A stretch of 64,000 nt of DNA from Phoronis australis (GCA_002633005.1 NMRA01000242.1:284868-348867), one strand, 5' to 3'; shown: positions 52,301 to 63,450, numbered from the stretch's first letter. The notes: generated by a model not told the origin, from the letters alone. A program made the numbers and translations.

Positions 52301-55300
52301 GAATGACACAACTGAGGACACAGGTTGGAGGAAGACTTGCAAGGAGGTGATAATCCACCACTAGCAGATAACAATAGTGGTCAATATAAGGATAAAGAGT
52401 CATGTTTTACCACCAACACTGAAGGTCTATCACAACTGCACTCACTTTTCCCATTGAGTGGCAACATTAACCCAAGATCTTTGATTTAAACACTAGGTGG
52501 CATAGCTGGTAGCTGGACCCTAATCTTAAACCTAATGGTTTGAGATTAATAAATGTCTCACGTCACTTATGATGAATAACGCCAGACTCATCAGTGTAAC
52601 TCTCTGTCAGATTTCTGTTGTCTTTATTCATTTACATGCAACTATTGGTTGGTGATGAAATATGCAAGAATGAAGAATGTCTCGTTGGGTCTTGCGTGAT
52701 TTATGTTGCAACCTTTAACTGAAGTGGAATTAATGTTAATCCATTCATTTTGAGAGGAGTTGCAATGGGTAATATAGTCTCAGAGTCGCGCTTTCCCACA
52801 AGCAAGTTGCGATGTTGGTGGCAAAGCCACACTAGAGACTCGCATACAAATGACTAAACAGTCAGACAGACATTTCAGGATACCACTGGGACAGTGGAAG
52901 ACTGGCAAAATAATACTGCAAGCTGTCATGCTCATGACTTCAATTCACATGAGATCCAATGTCATAGCTAATGAGGGGCTGCCACAGGTTACTCACACTA
53001 CTAGTTGTATTATTTACACTGAATAAAACTATTATGCCCTTTCCCACACAACTTCTATTTTTCGGACTAAGACATGCATTTTTTAACACCTTAAACATAA
53101 AAGCTCAGTGCCATTATAAGAATGGCCAAAGGATAGTTACATTTCACACCATCACAGGGCTAACTGTGCTCCCATAAAGTGCATGACACTACAACACATA
53201 AGTCTCCCTAACACCACGTCACACAAAACAGAGCTAGCCCCCTGAACACACAACGAGGCCTATTGAAATTACACAGTTCATCTTCTAACTATATTTGCAA
53301 CAAAAAACAAATACAATTTACCCTAGATGATCCAAGGATAAGCCAACTGATTGCATCAATAATTCATTCACTTACACTCAGTCTAATCAGATTAAGAGCC
53401 CTTGAAAATCTAGTGTTAAACTAGGAGTAGCTCAGCCATAAATACAGCAAATAAATACTTTCATATAAATACCAAATACAGCCAGCCTCTTGTGTAGTGT
53501 GGTCCTGTATTGAATGTTTTGTTTGAGCAAAGAAAGCTTACATGAAACTTTATAGTCAATACCAGCATTGGTAGTTGATTGTTAATACAAACAAATGCCA
53601 AATGGCTTTGCAGAGTCTGACAATATGGCTGAAATCTTGAGGAGGATTCATTCTTTACAACTAGTGGCCTGTAAGCGTTCATTAAACAGAGTCTATTGAC
53701 AAGTGTGAGTTTTTGACAGCAAAAATGCAGGGTGTAGGTCAGGCACACACAATACTCCAAGGAACACATTCCAACTATTGAATGCTTGAAATCAGCATCT
53801 TTATTAAGCTGCATTTCTAAGGGATTGAGTTTAATCTTTCACCAAACATTCAAACATAATTGAGTCGGCTATAGAATAAAATGCACCAGGCACACTTCTA
53901 TGCAATAATAAAATATCAATATGCAATAACGTCAATGTGGCAATCCAGGATATAAAAACTGATGTAATTTTCAAGGCAACTATAAAACAAGATTATAAAA
54001 TGTTAAATTCAATCAACATTTTTGCTGGACAGTTTACATTTAATCTGTTAGTAAGGTTTGCAATGTAAAAGGAGGCAATATCATCACAGAATATAAAGAA
54101 ATAATGAGCTGCAAAATCACAAACAGTTCATGATACCACAGACAAGAGGCATTTTCTCCTCTACAGGAGCAGCCCTCATATAAAAGTGCAAAGACAGATG
54201 AAGCTTTCACACCAACTTAGCGGAAACTGAATTTATCGTAGTTTGATACGGAGGTCATTGAAGCTATTGCAATACGACGTTGTGAAAACATTATGCAGGT
54301 GTAATTTGTTTCAATACGAAGAATCATATATATGGTGGTAGATTGAATGAAATGTTGTGCTTATAGAGGTAAAATGATCGAAGAATATGTGAAAAAACAG
54401 GAAAAACAGTACCGAATGAAACATGTGCCATTATTCACAGTGACACCTGCCCCTACTGACAATGACACCAAATTAACCGTTCTTACTGTATCGAAGAGTC
54501 ACTGCTCCACTGTTAAGTTCACATATCAACAGTGAAGTTAACCAAGTTGTTCACTTGAACCCTTCAACCCAGGACCAAGAAGTGACCATCATTTTAAACA
54601 TTCCCACTAAATGAAGCTTTGCTAGAGTAAATTTAATAATAGTCTCTTGGTGGGGGGGAGGTGCAAAGCAACTCAGAAATGCTCTACTCAATAGGAACAC
54701 ACCTACCAGCTTTCATCATGATTCTTCAAGCAGTTAGGAAGGCAGACCACAAAACACACAAAAAAGAATAGGAAGCACAACATAGGTCAAATTCATCTGA
54801 AACAAGGCAGTCTATGTACAGTACCTTATTTGACAAATTTCAAGAAAATCCATCAAGAAACTTGGTAGATATCAAAAGCAAATGCAAAACAAAATTGCCA
54901 CTAGGCAACTCTGCAGCAGTGGGTAGATTTGACACAAAATCCATGTCAATTGTACTTCCCTCATTAGGAACACATGCCAAATTTCATGACCATCCACCAA
55001 GGAACTGTGTAGAGCAACAGGCAAAAGTGCCACAAGGCACCACAGAAGTTGAACCAGCTTGAAAATCATTGTCAGTAATGCACATCACAGTAAGAACATA
55101 TATGCAATTTTCATAATGACCCCGTTAGAGTGGTTTAGCCGCTAGAAAACCAGATGGCAAAAACCAGACTTGAAAACAATTAAAAAATGGCCACCAGGTG
55201 GCATAAGGTACGTCGAATATCTGAAAATGGGAAGGTATCATTGTCTCGTTAATGGAAACTTAATTCTATATTTTGATGAAATCTGTCAAGGAACACCAAA

Positions 55301-58300
55301 AATACAGAGGAATACGTAAAAAAATAACTTGTCCTTAGGGGGCACAGCGAAGTCAGATCTGTCCAAAAGTCATCGCCATCCGTTATCACACAATTGCCAA
55401 ATATAACAAAATGATCAGTATCGATAATAGAAGGACTACCGATATTGCACAGTATGAGTATTGGTATCAAGTACTGGCATCCAAGCTTGACTACCATGAC
55501 ACAAGTGTTGTCACACATTAAGTATATTCAGGTATTCTGGAGTGGGCACAGATAAGACAAGTGATTCACATGAAGCCCAGGTGACATCAACAAGGAATGT
55601 GAAGAATGTGAGATAAGACCACATCAAACTTTGATGAGACAGGTATCAGTAGCAGTGTGCAGTGTACCAGGTATACTGGCGTAAACAAACAGAGATGGGA
55701 CACCTGTCCAGGTGACTCCTGCAATGAAGGACTGGAGTAACATTGACAGGAATAGTACAAGAGTGAGAGGAATGTGCAGGCTTTGTGAACAACAGGTCAC
55801 CAGAACCAATGAACTTGAGTGTGTCACAAGACAGGACTTTAACAAATCTAAGAATCTCGTTGATTTCTGATGCACAGATATGTTGCAGGCGACCAGGTTC
55901 TCAGTTCAATAGCATTGTGGTGTTTCCAGACAGGGATTTAAGTTACAGGAAAAACGGTTATTTGTAGAAACTGGAGATTTCTCCAATAATCCATCAGCTC
56001 ACCATGTGTCACCTGGCTTATACAGATTGAACATGTTTGTTAATTAAATTCAGCAAAAAGAACTGGCCTTTCACTTAAAACAGCTTAGAAACATGATAGG
56101 CATGAGAGAGTATAGCTTGGTACCACTTTACAACTCAGTTGTCAAATGCCAGAACCTCTTGGACAAATTCAAGTGCCTCCAGATTACTTGTATAGGTCTA
56201 AACACAAAAGGCTGTGTGTGACCATAAACATTGAAAATACCAGTGGAAGTCAAAAGTGTTATAGTAACAGATCCCAGTCAAATCACTCTGAGTCTGGCTA
56301 TAGTAAGACATCCCAGTCAAATCATCCTGGGTCTGGCTGTAGTAAGAGATTCCAGTTAAACCATCCTAGGTCTGGCTACAGTAAGAGGTCCCAGCCAAAC
56401 CATCCTGGGTCTGGCTACTATAAGAGGTCACAGCCAAACCATCCTGAGTCTGGCGAAAGTTAAGTATAGTAAGAACTCAGTCAAGCATTCCTAAATATGG
56501 AACCACAGATTTCAATCCTTTGAAAATCTCTTTCATGTTGGATTCATTGTAGAAAGTTAAAAATAAAAGACAAGATTCTGTCTTTCATATTGCAATGTTT
56601 AGAAAATCCTGAACTGATGACGATACTGAGAAACATCAAAGTGTCGCAACATGAAGCACATCTTGTTTTTGTTCTTTAATATTCCATTGACCATCTGGTC
56701 AAGAACTGACATTATCAACATTATTTATTTTCAGTTCAATTTCTAACAACACATCATAAACACAGCAAACCAGTGATTTCAGTTGTCTACGAAAGTGTCA
56801 AGGACTAAATTCTCTAATTTAATTTCCATAGCAGGTTATGTTCTCTCAATGACAATCTGAGAAGAATTTTGTGTTACAAATGACTTACCAGCCCCGCAAT
56901 CGGCGTTGGGAGTTTGTTGATTCTTTTGACAGTGCCTGGCTTGATAGAATTGAGTAAGCTAGAAAATAAAAAAATGAGCTTTACTTAAAGATAAAAACTG
57001 CACAGGCCAAGGACAGTTAACTATGATACCTGAACTGGGTCACACTTGACATGTTACAAGCCAGGTTGTACCCCAGGTGAACTGATAATCAGAAATCACG
57101 CCTACATCAAAGTCCTCAGCACCAGGTATGAAGCTAAGAGACCCCTGTTGACCTAACCTGCATAAAGTTCAAAAATAAATGGATTATAGTTATTTTTGTA
57201 ACACTGATATAACCACAGTCATTCTATACACAGTCTGTTTTATACCATTCAATTTCTAACAATAAGCAACAAACGATTAAGGAACTGAAATCACATGATG
57301 CCAAAAACACAAGAAAGAAAGTCTACCTGACCTGAAGCGCCCCCTATCATGTTTAATCAAAGCAGCCTCAGAGAAGACACACAAGTATGGTAATTCTCCA
57401 CGTATAGGCACTCATTTTGCACACCAAACATTATTTCAAAAATTTGTTTGCTTAACAGAAAGTGATCAACTGAATCATACAGAAAATTGTCCACAACTCA
57501 GTTCACTGTAACCACGTAGGTATAGAGAAACATCAAGACAAACCTGAGAACAGTTAATGAACAAACCTTAATTAATGTGTTACCCTGAGAAATTGAGACT
57601 GACAGAACCAAAAGGGCTGAAAATGTCAGACAATGACGTTGTGTCAAAATGAATGTTAATTTAGTACAAGTGAAGTTAAAACAACAACAGAAAGTGATCA
57701 TTCTAAAGCCATTTTTAACCAAACACCTTACAAACTAAGTTACACCTATGGTCTTACTGGTCACCTCAGAGAGAAAGGGAGCAGAGATATGAAGCCGCTA
57801 CACACAAAGAAAACCAAACATACAAATTGACTTTAACACTGAAAATGACATTCTGATGAGAAAAGATAGTCATAATTGACTGCTGACATTCTGCGCAGGA
57901 CATTGAGCCCAAGGGGGCAATTGGTTGGCACTAAGCATCTGGAGTACTTCTAATTTTCCGTTAGATTAAAAAATAAGGCTACGCGCAATCTTGGGGGTTC
58001 CGACTGTTGTCAACTATGCCTCATCGAGAGGGCAGGGCTTCCTGTTATGGTGACTTCATCTCCAATTTGCTGACCGGTGAATTTTGCCATGTTGCATTTG
58101 GTAGGGTGCCGTAACGCCAAGCACCGAGCACTGAATCATCATAAGTGACAGTTAGAAATAAAAGTTTCTGAACAACTTGTATGTCATCGACATTAGTTTA
58201 GAATAAGTTATTCCAAGAACGAGTTGTCACTAGGTTTAGAAGTAGTGGACCCTATTGGCACTAGGGCAACTTGATATTCTGGTCTGTCAAAATATCAACA

Positions 58301-61300
58301 TTTTTGTACTCTTCCAGAGAGAGAGAAAGTGTACAGCTTGAACACTCATTTCATAAAAATGGCAATAAATGTGAACAGGCCCTCACAACATTTTGTTAAC
58401 ACTACAGTATAAAGGACCAGCATCACCCTGTTGGTCTCAGTCTGCTCATCCACATGTTGTGGTCTTGGGTAACTGGGTGCAGGTCAACAAAGTTGTTTGG
58501 TGATTGCATAATACAGTTATTAGAAAAGTGCAATCAGCTCAACCAACAACAAGGACAGGCAGATGAGGTGAAGCAGTGTCCATATTCCACATTATATTGT
58601 GTTCCCCCACAAGGACAGCCTGCTCCAGCGCTGTTCTCTACAACAGAAAATTCAAACTCGAGGGGAATTTCTGAACATGGTTGAAAGTCCACAGAGAAAC
58701 TGTGGCAGTTTGTAATCACTATGGCAAACTTAGAACAACTTGCTAAAGAAACAACTGCCATAATCCCTAAGAGTTCAAACTTGCTTTTTAATTCAACACA
58801 GGTGAGCCAAATTTGTCACGACAAAGTCCAAACTCTTAGGCTGAGAAGCACACTGCAGGGGCCATAGTACACTGAGATATGTCCCTCAGAGGTGTTTTTA
58901 CATCAATATTACCTGCGAATTGTTTCACTCTCCAATTGTGACTACTTTATTGGTTATGAATTCTGCAAAAGATTCATTTTCAACATAACTCTACAGAAGG
59001 TTTTCATTTTGTAATGGTTTGTTATGAAGACTTCAACACAAAAGGTTCATTTATCAAATTCCAATGCATTTCATAACACCTCTTAAAGCATTACCCCACT
59101 TGTCTGGGTTAATGCCTATGTTCATAATAACACCCATCCCATTACACTTAAAACTTCTATGACAGTGCCTACATCTTTGCAAAACCTCCTCTCATGCCAA
59201 GTTTAGCTGCCAAATGTACAAAACTCATACCAGCATCCCCTAGCCTTCTTCAGGCAGAAATATAACCCCATCCTCCCATTCTATTGTACTTTACTCTAGC
59301 ATGGGAGTATAGCGTAAATGTAGCTCCATGAAAACTGTTCAGGTAAATGCCTATCCAAAATTCTTGAATATATCATTTTTAAATGCCCATGCTGACTTAA
59401 GGTCATGTAGGAGAATATCAACAAGTATCTACACTCTTTTATGTAACATGTTAAACCTTATCATCTAAATGTTCAGGTGACAATGTCACCACACAAACAT
59501 CATCTTAAAGAGCACTGTAGGTCATGCAGGTCCTCCAACTTGGCACAGACTGGCTCTATTTGGCACGTGGCTTCAAGTTGGATCCCCAGACAAGTCCTCC
59601 AGCTTAACATAGATTGGCTCCATTTGGCACCTAGCCTTGTGTTAGACCTCGCGACAAGTTCTTCTATTAAACATTTCAGAATAAATGATGAAGATTATTT
59701 GCCCCTGACCAACAGACTTGGTTACAAGTTGTTCCCTATTTCTAAGCAAGTGTTAAAATACATTTTTTATTGAATTGATAATATATTTTATGCATTGTTA
59801 TTTATCAACTGGTGACGTGGCCCACGTTTACTGTTGGTCTAAAATGACTTTAAATAAACACTGAACTATAGCTCAGAGTGGTGATCATGATCACAACACA
59901 ATAAAAATTTTACACAAGTCAAAAACTATGAAAATAAACCAGTCACTTCCGTATCACTCATGATGAATCCCCCCCAGACATTATCTCAACAGTTCAAATT
60001 TAAAAGTCTAAATAATGCCTCAAAGTACTTGAGGACAGTTAACCAGTGTAACAAACCCATACAGTTTGACAAAGGTTGCAATTAAAACACTGAATCTGAT
60101 TGATGGGCCAGCAACTTGATTGACACATTACTCAAACCAGAAAAAACAACAGACTGTTGGTTACTGATGATTTTGGATACCTGTGCTAAACATGTTGCAG
60201 AAAGTTCAGTTTCTTTACTTTGAACCTCATGACTACATAGAAAGACAGCAATTGTCCCAAACACATGTAACAGCTGGTCTCATTACACAGTTGTGCCTGA
60301 ACTGTGTGGCAGGACCATGTTTATGAGGTCACTGGCCCCATTTGGGCAACAGCTGTGCTTGAACTGAGAGACCCTGAAAATGAACACCAACAAACTGCCA
60401 ACTAACAGGTCAAGAAGTGAACAGAATGTTTTTTTTTTGAAAATCAAGTCAGTGGTGCAGTATCTTTTAGTTGCTCACTTTTTCAAAAAAGATTAAAATC
60501 CAACTAAAACCATCCAAAATGATAAGAGATTTGTTTTTGTTTTTCTTACTTATCACTTGGCACATGATGGCATTTCAAACATTGCTTATTCTTTTTTAGG
60601 TGCCTTAGTGCAGCTTTCCTCCACAGAAGTTGATACAAGCATGCCTGTTTTTAGTGGGTGAGCTGGTCTCAAAATAAAACAGGCTTAATGTCCAGAACCA
60701 ACTTTTTGGCCTAATAGTGTAAAATCCCAGCAATTTTGAAGATAAACAATTGCAAAATTGTATTTCTTTTTCATTTTCCAAGGTCTGTCTGTTATCTTTG
60801 TTTTGTAAGGTCACAGTTTCTTGAAATTCTGCCTGATGGGAGCTACAAACATGGTAAATCATAATTTGGTAAAACATAATTTGGTAAAACATAATTTGGT
60901 AAAACATAATTTGGTAAAACATAATTTGGTAAAACATAATTTGGTAAAACATAATTTGGTAAAACATAATTTGGTANNNNNNNNNNNNNNNNNNNNNNNN
61001 NNNNNNNNNNNNNNNNNNNNNNNNNNNNNNNNNNNNNNNNNNNNNNNNNNNNNNNNNNNNNNNNNNNNNNNNNNNNNNNNNNNNNNNNNNNNNNNNNNGC
61101 ATAAAGCAGTGTCTGTAAGTTCCACAAGAATTCAATAAGCCATTTCTGAGATAAGATGTTCCAAATTTGGACATTATTCTAGGGTCACACATCAGGCCAT
61201 GTGCACTAATATGGAAGAGTGACTTGTCTCCGATCAAATTACTGCAAAATTTCCCACACCGAAGAAGGCATCATCACCAAAGCACGGCCATCATAACAAC

Positions 61301-62073
61301 ATGCTAAAACGAGCTTCAAGAGAACACAGCAACCAACAACCCCCCTCCTCATGAGGACTGGCAAAAACGTTATTGAAGTCACTGATCGCAAACTATGCAC
61401 CTGAAAAAAGGGTTCAGAGATCAAATCCTGCAGGTGGGGTATATTTTCCTCCTTAAATTTATTACCAGTGCATAAAAGTGTTAAAAGACAACAATCGCCA
61501 CAATGTGGCCACAATGTAGTTTAACACCACAGACTTCAGAGAAGTCTAAAGCCAACAGTGAGATACAGACAAACATTCTTCAGCTTGGGACAGCGAAAAA
61601 TTATTTTTGCGAGAGGTCAAACAGATACTGCCTTTTTAGCACACATCACAGGGCAATAGTCTGATATAAGGTGCCGTATTTTAAGAACCAGTTTGATGCC
61701 CGTTATTCAGTGGAGAAAACTGGTTCTCAAAATTCGGGCATATTATATCAAACCATTACCAGTCACAGTGCTTACCTGTGCAGCAGTACCCCCATTTTAC
61801 CAAAAGTCACACTGCCTACCTGCACAGTAGCACCCCATTTTTTACTACAAGTCACAGTGCTTAATTGAACAGCAGTACTCCATTTTTACCATAAGTGGTA
61901 ATGCTTACCTGCACAGCAGTACCCCATTCTTACCACAAATCACAGTGCTCATACCTGCACAGCAGTACCCCCATCTTTATCAAAAGTCAGGGTGCTTACC
62001 TGCACAGCAGTACTCCGTTTTCTAGTGACTTGCGAGGATCCTCAGGATACACAAATGACAGCCTGGTCACCGT
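13276..62073 (-). CDS. LMO7: LIM domain only 7 / LIMCH1 / Smallish-family protein (CH-DUF4757-PDZ-coiled coil-LIM), 5'-partial; complement(join(13276..13301,14602..14766,16172..17135,17342..17552,18229..18461,21537..21831,22572..22780,23279..23359,27238..28047,28502..28624,29517..29695,30868..31035,31597..31726,33605..33866,35967..36091,38080..38913,45221..45263,46727..46836,56889..56958,62000..62073))
   Basis: 20 exons with GT-AG ends and matching phases, 5112 nt open to TGA. CH domain [53 protein letters not shown]; [14 protein letters not shown] (DUF4757-like); PDZ with GWGL loop and [11 protein letters not shown]; C-terminal [36 protein letters not shown]...HCKNC. This domain order is that of LMO7 (LIMCH1 lacks the PDZ). 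Confidence 0.93.
14602..14766 (-). CDS. LMO7: LMO7-like LIM C-half exon ([11 protein letters not shown]...CYSNDE); reads through to TGA at 14576 if unspliced
   Basis: gttgcag acceptor; LIM Cys/His ligands; AAG|gtactg donor. Confidence 0.92.
16172..17135 (-). CDS. LMO7: LMO7-like exon ending in the LIM N-half (LKKEFV...CAYCQKEL)
   Basis: tttttcag acceptor, G|gtaagt donor; 321 open codons; [11 protein letters not shown] motif. Confidence 0.93.
17342..17552 (-). CDS. LMO7: LMO7-like exon (SPVKLD...PKMQ)
   Basis: atttcag acceptor, gttagt donor; phase 2-0. Confidence 0.88.
17945..18220. repeat. Degenerate minisatellite (ccatgatctct.ctacctca)
   Basis: Recurrent core; single N at 18117. Confidence 0.75.
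18229..18461 (-). CDS. LMO7: LMO7-like exon (ERLRQEK...LQQR)
   Basis: tcttttag acceptor, gtaagt donor; phase 0-2. Confidence 0.9.
19615..19738. repeat. 43-bp tandem repeat x3
   Basis: gaatctactgtgtaaac at 19615, 19658 and 19701. Confidence 0.92.
20634..20651 (-). CDS. Candidate 18-nt cassette microexon of the LMO7-like gene (TADEEA)
   Basis: cattcttgtgtgcttcag|ACAGCAGATGAAGAGGCA|gtaagt; frame-preserving in a phase-0 intron; TGCATG about 35 nt downstream. Confidence 0.55.
21355..21530. repeat. Degenerate tandem repeat next to an exon donor
   Basis: ctgaccac / ccactactca / ccctagaca blocks repeated. Confidence 0.65.
21537..21831 (-). CDS. LMO7: LMO7-like coiled-coil exon (LEDLRKRR...REQE)
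   Basis: ttctttag acceptor, gtgagt donor; E/R/K-rich. Confidence 0.9.
22465..22550. repeat. Short tandem repeat (aacccatcgtcggccacaca) x3
   Basis: Direct reading. Confidence 0.8.
22572..22780 (-). CDS. LMO7: LMO7-like coiled-coil exon (AKDVQEQK...EER)
   Basis: ttgttag acceptor, gtaagg donor; E/R/K-rich. Confidence 0.88.
23279..23359 (-). CDS. LMO7: LMO7-like exon ([10 protein letters not shown]...KRKQQ)
   Basis: ctttgcag acceptor, gtgaat donor; resembles the LMO7 EKYxxEQ coiled-coil start. Confidence 0.88.
24190..24350. repeat. ~33-bp degenerate tandem repeat (ttgcaactacacaagttacaat)
   Basis: About five copies of the gcaac..caagttac core. Confidence 0.75.
24441..24479 (-). CDS. Candidate 39-nt cassette exon of the LMO7-like gene ([13 protein letters not shown])
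   Basis: tttgacctcttcacag|...AAG|gtaaca; frame-preserving, stop-free; TACTAAT upstream. Confidence 0.55.
25257..25395 (+). mobile_element. Degenerate tRNA-derived SINE-like head
   Basis: tcagtggact...aaggtccaggttcatgccctgg (A/B-box-like); resembles 12042-12155; no complete cloverleaf. Confidence 0.4.
27238..28047 (-). CDS. LMO7: LMO7-like exon (DSKLST...[13 protein letters not shown])
   Basis: attacag acceptor, gtaggc donor; 270 open codons; WxxEQER motif. Confidence 0.9.
28502..28624 (-). CDS. LMO7: LMO7-like exon (DIDGAVS...EQDP)
   Basis: cttctgcag acceptor, gtaagt donor; 41 open codons. Confidence 0.85.
29517..29695 (-). CDS. LMO7: LMO7-like exon (LPVPADS...KFQE)
   Basis: Phase 1-0 exon needed to connect the PDZ exon to the next exon; weaker sites (tcaatag / gttcac). 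Confidence 0.7.
29905..30460 (-). mobile_element. 3' remnant of a non-LTR retrotransposon (I-group/Loa-like C-terminal CCHC region)
   Basis: ORF 30080-30406 reads CRQTKQLFP...[11 protein letters not shown]...[22 protein letters not shown], the zinc-knuckle tail typical of LINE ORF2; boundaries approximate. Confidence 0.75.
30868..31035 (-). CDS. LMO7: LMO7-like PDZ exon 2 ([18 protein letters not shown]...FIRRAYKPG)
   Basis: ttccacag acceptor, G|gtgagt donor; PDZ GD motif. Confidence 0.92.
31597..31726 (-). CDS. LMO7: LMO7-like PDZ exon 1 (GYMRLVV...[24 protein letters not shown])
   Basis: GLGF-type loop; ataccag acceptor, G|gtttgt donor. Confidence 0.9.
32121..33576 (-). mobile_element. 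HINE/DINE-1-like non-autonomous Helentron-associated element with ~430-bp internal tandem units
   Basis: On +: acaagagcaatgcggagcgttgaaatgcgcccac ... atgcacccacacataaatatgtgggcgcataaaaa; subterminal inverted repeat and terminal hairpin; closely similar to 41260-42934. Confidence 0.8.
33605..33866 (-). CDS. LMO7: LMO7-like acidic exon (SRRASGYF...TSARE)
   Basis: ctctccag acceptor, gtaaga donor; phase 2-0, open frame. Confidence 0.88.
35967..36091 (-). CDS. LMO7: LMO7-like exon ([11 protein letters not shown]...TMLD)
   Basis: ccttgtag acceptor, gtaagt donor; DUF4757-like WKxRRxS. Confidence 0.9.
36517..36696. repeat. 45-bp tandem repeat x4
   Basis: aatggcacacagtaacccatgtaatgagcatagcgcaggccaagt. 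Confidence 0.93.
38080..38913 (-). CDS. LMO7: LMO7-like exon ([10 protein letters not shown]...DEEWKS)
   Basis: catttcag acceptor, gtaagt donor; 278 codons; contains a 24-bp tandem duplication (QEPASHGR x2). Confidence 0.93.
41260..42934 (-). mobile_element. HINE/DINE-1-like non-autonomous Helentron-associated element with ~450-bp internal tandem units
   Basis: Terminal hairpin caatgc-aga-gcattg, subterminal IR atgcgtccac/gtgggcgcat, (GACG)n microsatellite near 42870-42890, A-rich ends, no TSD seen. Confidence 0.82.
43860..44290. repeat. 21-bp degenerate minisatellite (catggaccatatagctagatg)
   Basis: About 20 copies. Confidence 0.88.
45221..45263 (-). CDS. LMO7: LMO7-like CH exon ([14 protein letters not shown])
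   Basis: tttttacag acceptor, gtaagt donor; phase 2-0 bridges its neighbours. Confidence 0.88.
46727..46836 (-). CDS. LMO7: LMO7-like CH exon ([36 protein letters not shown])
   Basis: ctttcag acceptor, gtaagt donor; phase 0-2. Confidence 0.93.
47468..47615. repeat. ~46-bp tandem repeat x3
   Basis: gggcaacttgacacgcgtgacaacttaccccac.ttatcgag.ta. Confidence 0.88.
48469..49008 (+). mobile_element. Internally deleted PIF/Harbinger DNA transposon
   Basis: ~26-bp TIRs aagcgtgttcaa(c/t)agagtgagcgccc, 3-bp TSD CAG on both sides, transposase N-terminal remnant inside. Confidence 0.85.
48629..48811 (+). pseudogene. Harbinger transposase first-exon remnant
   Basis: ATG...[30 protein letters not shown] then gttagt donor; FxxxFRMSRxT motif; two in-frame stops near the start. 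Confidence 0.75.
49274..50721. mobile_element. Non-autonomous Tc1/mariner (pogo/Tigger-like) element carrying a decayed HIRAN-like ORF
   Basis: TA|ccgtattcttcctaataatggccc ... gggtggttattagggcaaatacgg|TA; gggcgctta subterminal repeats at both ends; no transposase seen. Confidence 0.8.
50228..50594 (+). pseudogene. HIRAN-like domain ORF, decayed
   Basis: [22 protein letters not shown]...[10 protein letters not shown]....[10 protein letters not shown]...RHS....GL; expected tail [10 protein letters not shown] is in a shifted frame. Confidence 0.65.
54640..55400 (-). mobile_element. Degenerate internal fragment of the same HINE-like family
   Basis: Shares aaaattgccactagg, tgccaaatttcatg, gtaagaacatatatg and aaaatggccaccaggtggc blocks; termini not recognisable; boundaries approximate. 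Confidence 0.65.
56258..56470. repeat. 39-bp tandem repeat x5
   Basis: tcccag.caaa.catcctg.gtctggct..agtaagag. Confidence 0.85.
56889..56958 (-). CDS. LMO7: LMO7-like CH exon ([23 protein letters not shown])
   Basis: ttttctag acceptor, gtaagt donor; phase 2-0. Confidence 0.93.
60851..60976. repeat. 15-bp perfect tandem repeat running into an assembly gap
   Basis: (acataatttggtaaa)n followed by N run 60977-61098. Confidence 0.93.
61761..62020. repeat. ~45-bp minisatellite x6 whose last unit is the 3' end and donor of exon 62000-62073
   Basis: agtcacagtgcttacctgcacagcagtacccc unit. Confidence 0.88.
62000..62073 (-). CDS. LMO7: LMO7-like CH exon ([24 protein letters not shown])
   Basis: ttcattcacag acceptor, AG|gtaagc donor; [10 protein letters not shown] motif. 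Confidence 0.92.
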
Positions 62074-63002
62074 CTGTGAATGAAAAAGAAGATCAACACA
62101 AATTATTATTATTTTAGATATTTATTATCATTGATAAACAAGTTCAAAAACAAACAAACAAACAAGAATGTTCTTCATCTTACCAGCGTGTGCAAGTTCA
62201 GTAGGGAGACACGTGCTGAACCAGCTAATTCTGAATGACGCAGTTATTGAGAGTGATTACAAAATATTTCCCAACTACACCAAGATGTTCTCTGTACTTG
62301 TTAGTGTATTCACAAACCTACATAAATATTTATCACTTACTTTGCCCCAGAAATACTTAACAACCTCATACAATACATTTACCACAATTATCTCAAAGTA
62401 GCATTCATCTGCCACTTGGCCTCAACTGTTACATTATGTAAAACTGAATACATCACTTCATAGAGTGCTCATTATATTCTTGGCTGAATAATATAAGATT
62501 GCCTAACATATCATTACAACCAAGTTTGGTATGTGTCTAGCACTGGGTCCAACAGTAGTAAACAGATGTGGTAACACTGATTCTTACTACTCAACTAGAT
62601 TATGGTAATTCTCCACTTACATGGACACTCACATTATTTTGCACACCAAAATTATTTAGAAAAATAATATTTTATCCCTCATTTATTTCGCACAAGGCTA
62701 CTTGGTGGGAATTCCTTGCCTCACCTTATTCCCAGTCACTTTTGCTCTTCAAAAAACATCAATGCAAATCAAAGTTATTAATCCTAGTAATACACACTTT
62801 AACTATGTTAATAAGGTCTGAACATCAATAAATGCACCACTGTTCTCAGCATGAGGAGAAAGGGGTGACTTGAATGAGTGTCATGTGACTCAGTCATAGG
62901 TTCAAAAGAGTATTTCACTAATAATGAGGTAAATTTCTTTAATATTGGAACAGTAATTTGATTACTATTGACTAGATATTAGCAAAATGTAGTAGGCCAC
63001 AT

Positions 63003-63450
63003 TTTGTTACATTTGCACACTAGTAGATGCTTGCTTACTCAGTTAATTTGTTACATATGCACACTGGTAGATGCTTGCTTACTCAGTTAATTTGTTACAT
63101 TTGCACACTGGTAGATGCTTGCTTACTCAGTTAATTTGTTACATTTGCACACACTGGTAGATGCTTGCTTACTCAGTTAATTTGTTACATATGCACACTG
63201 GTAGATGCTTGCTTACTCAGTTAATTTGTTACATTAGCACACTGGTAGATGCTTACTTACTTCGTTAATTTATTACATATGCAGACTGGTAGATGCTTAC
63301 TTACTCAGTTAATTTGTAACATATGCACACTGGTAGATGCTTACTTACTCAGTTAATTTGTTACATTAGCACACTGGTAGATGCTTGCTTTCTCAGTTAA
63401 ATTGTTACATATGCTCACTGGTAGATGCTTGCTTACTCAGTTAATTTCAC
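63003..63450. repeat. 44-bp tandem repeat x10
   Basis: tttgttacatttgcacactggtagatgcttgcttactcagttaa. Confidence 0.93.

Noticed and set aside
56146-56463. ORF with 13-aa repeats (also ORFs at 1186, 2306, 36378, 43772, 60605)
   Set aside because: Frames are open only because of the underlying mini/microsatellites or N runs
62184-62230. Exon-like segment just upstream of the first CH exon
   Set aside because: Does not encode the expected CH N-terminal helix (EAxxWIE-like) and has no ATG; the true upstream exon is probably beyond the window
63003-63450. Regular 44-bp array (also 36517-36696, 19615-19738, 47468-47615) as possible CRISPR
   Set aside because: Head-to-tail units with no unique spacers, no cas genes, eukaryotic intron context
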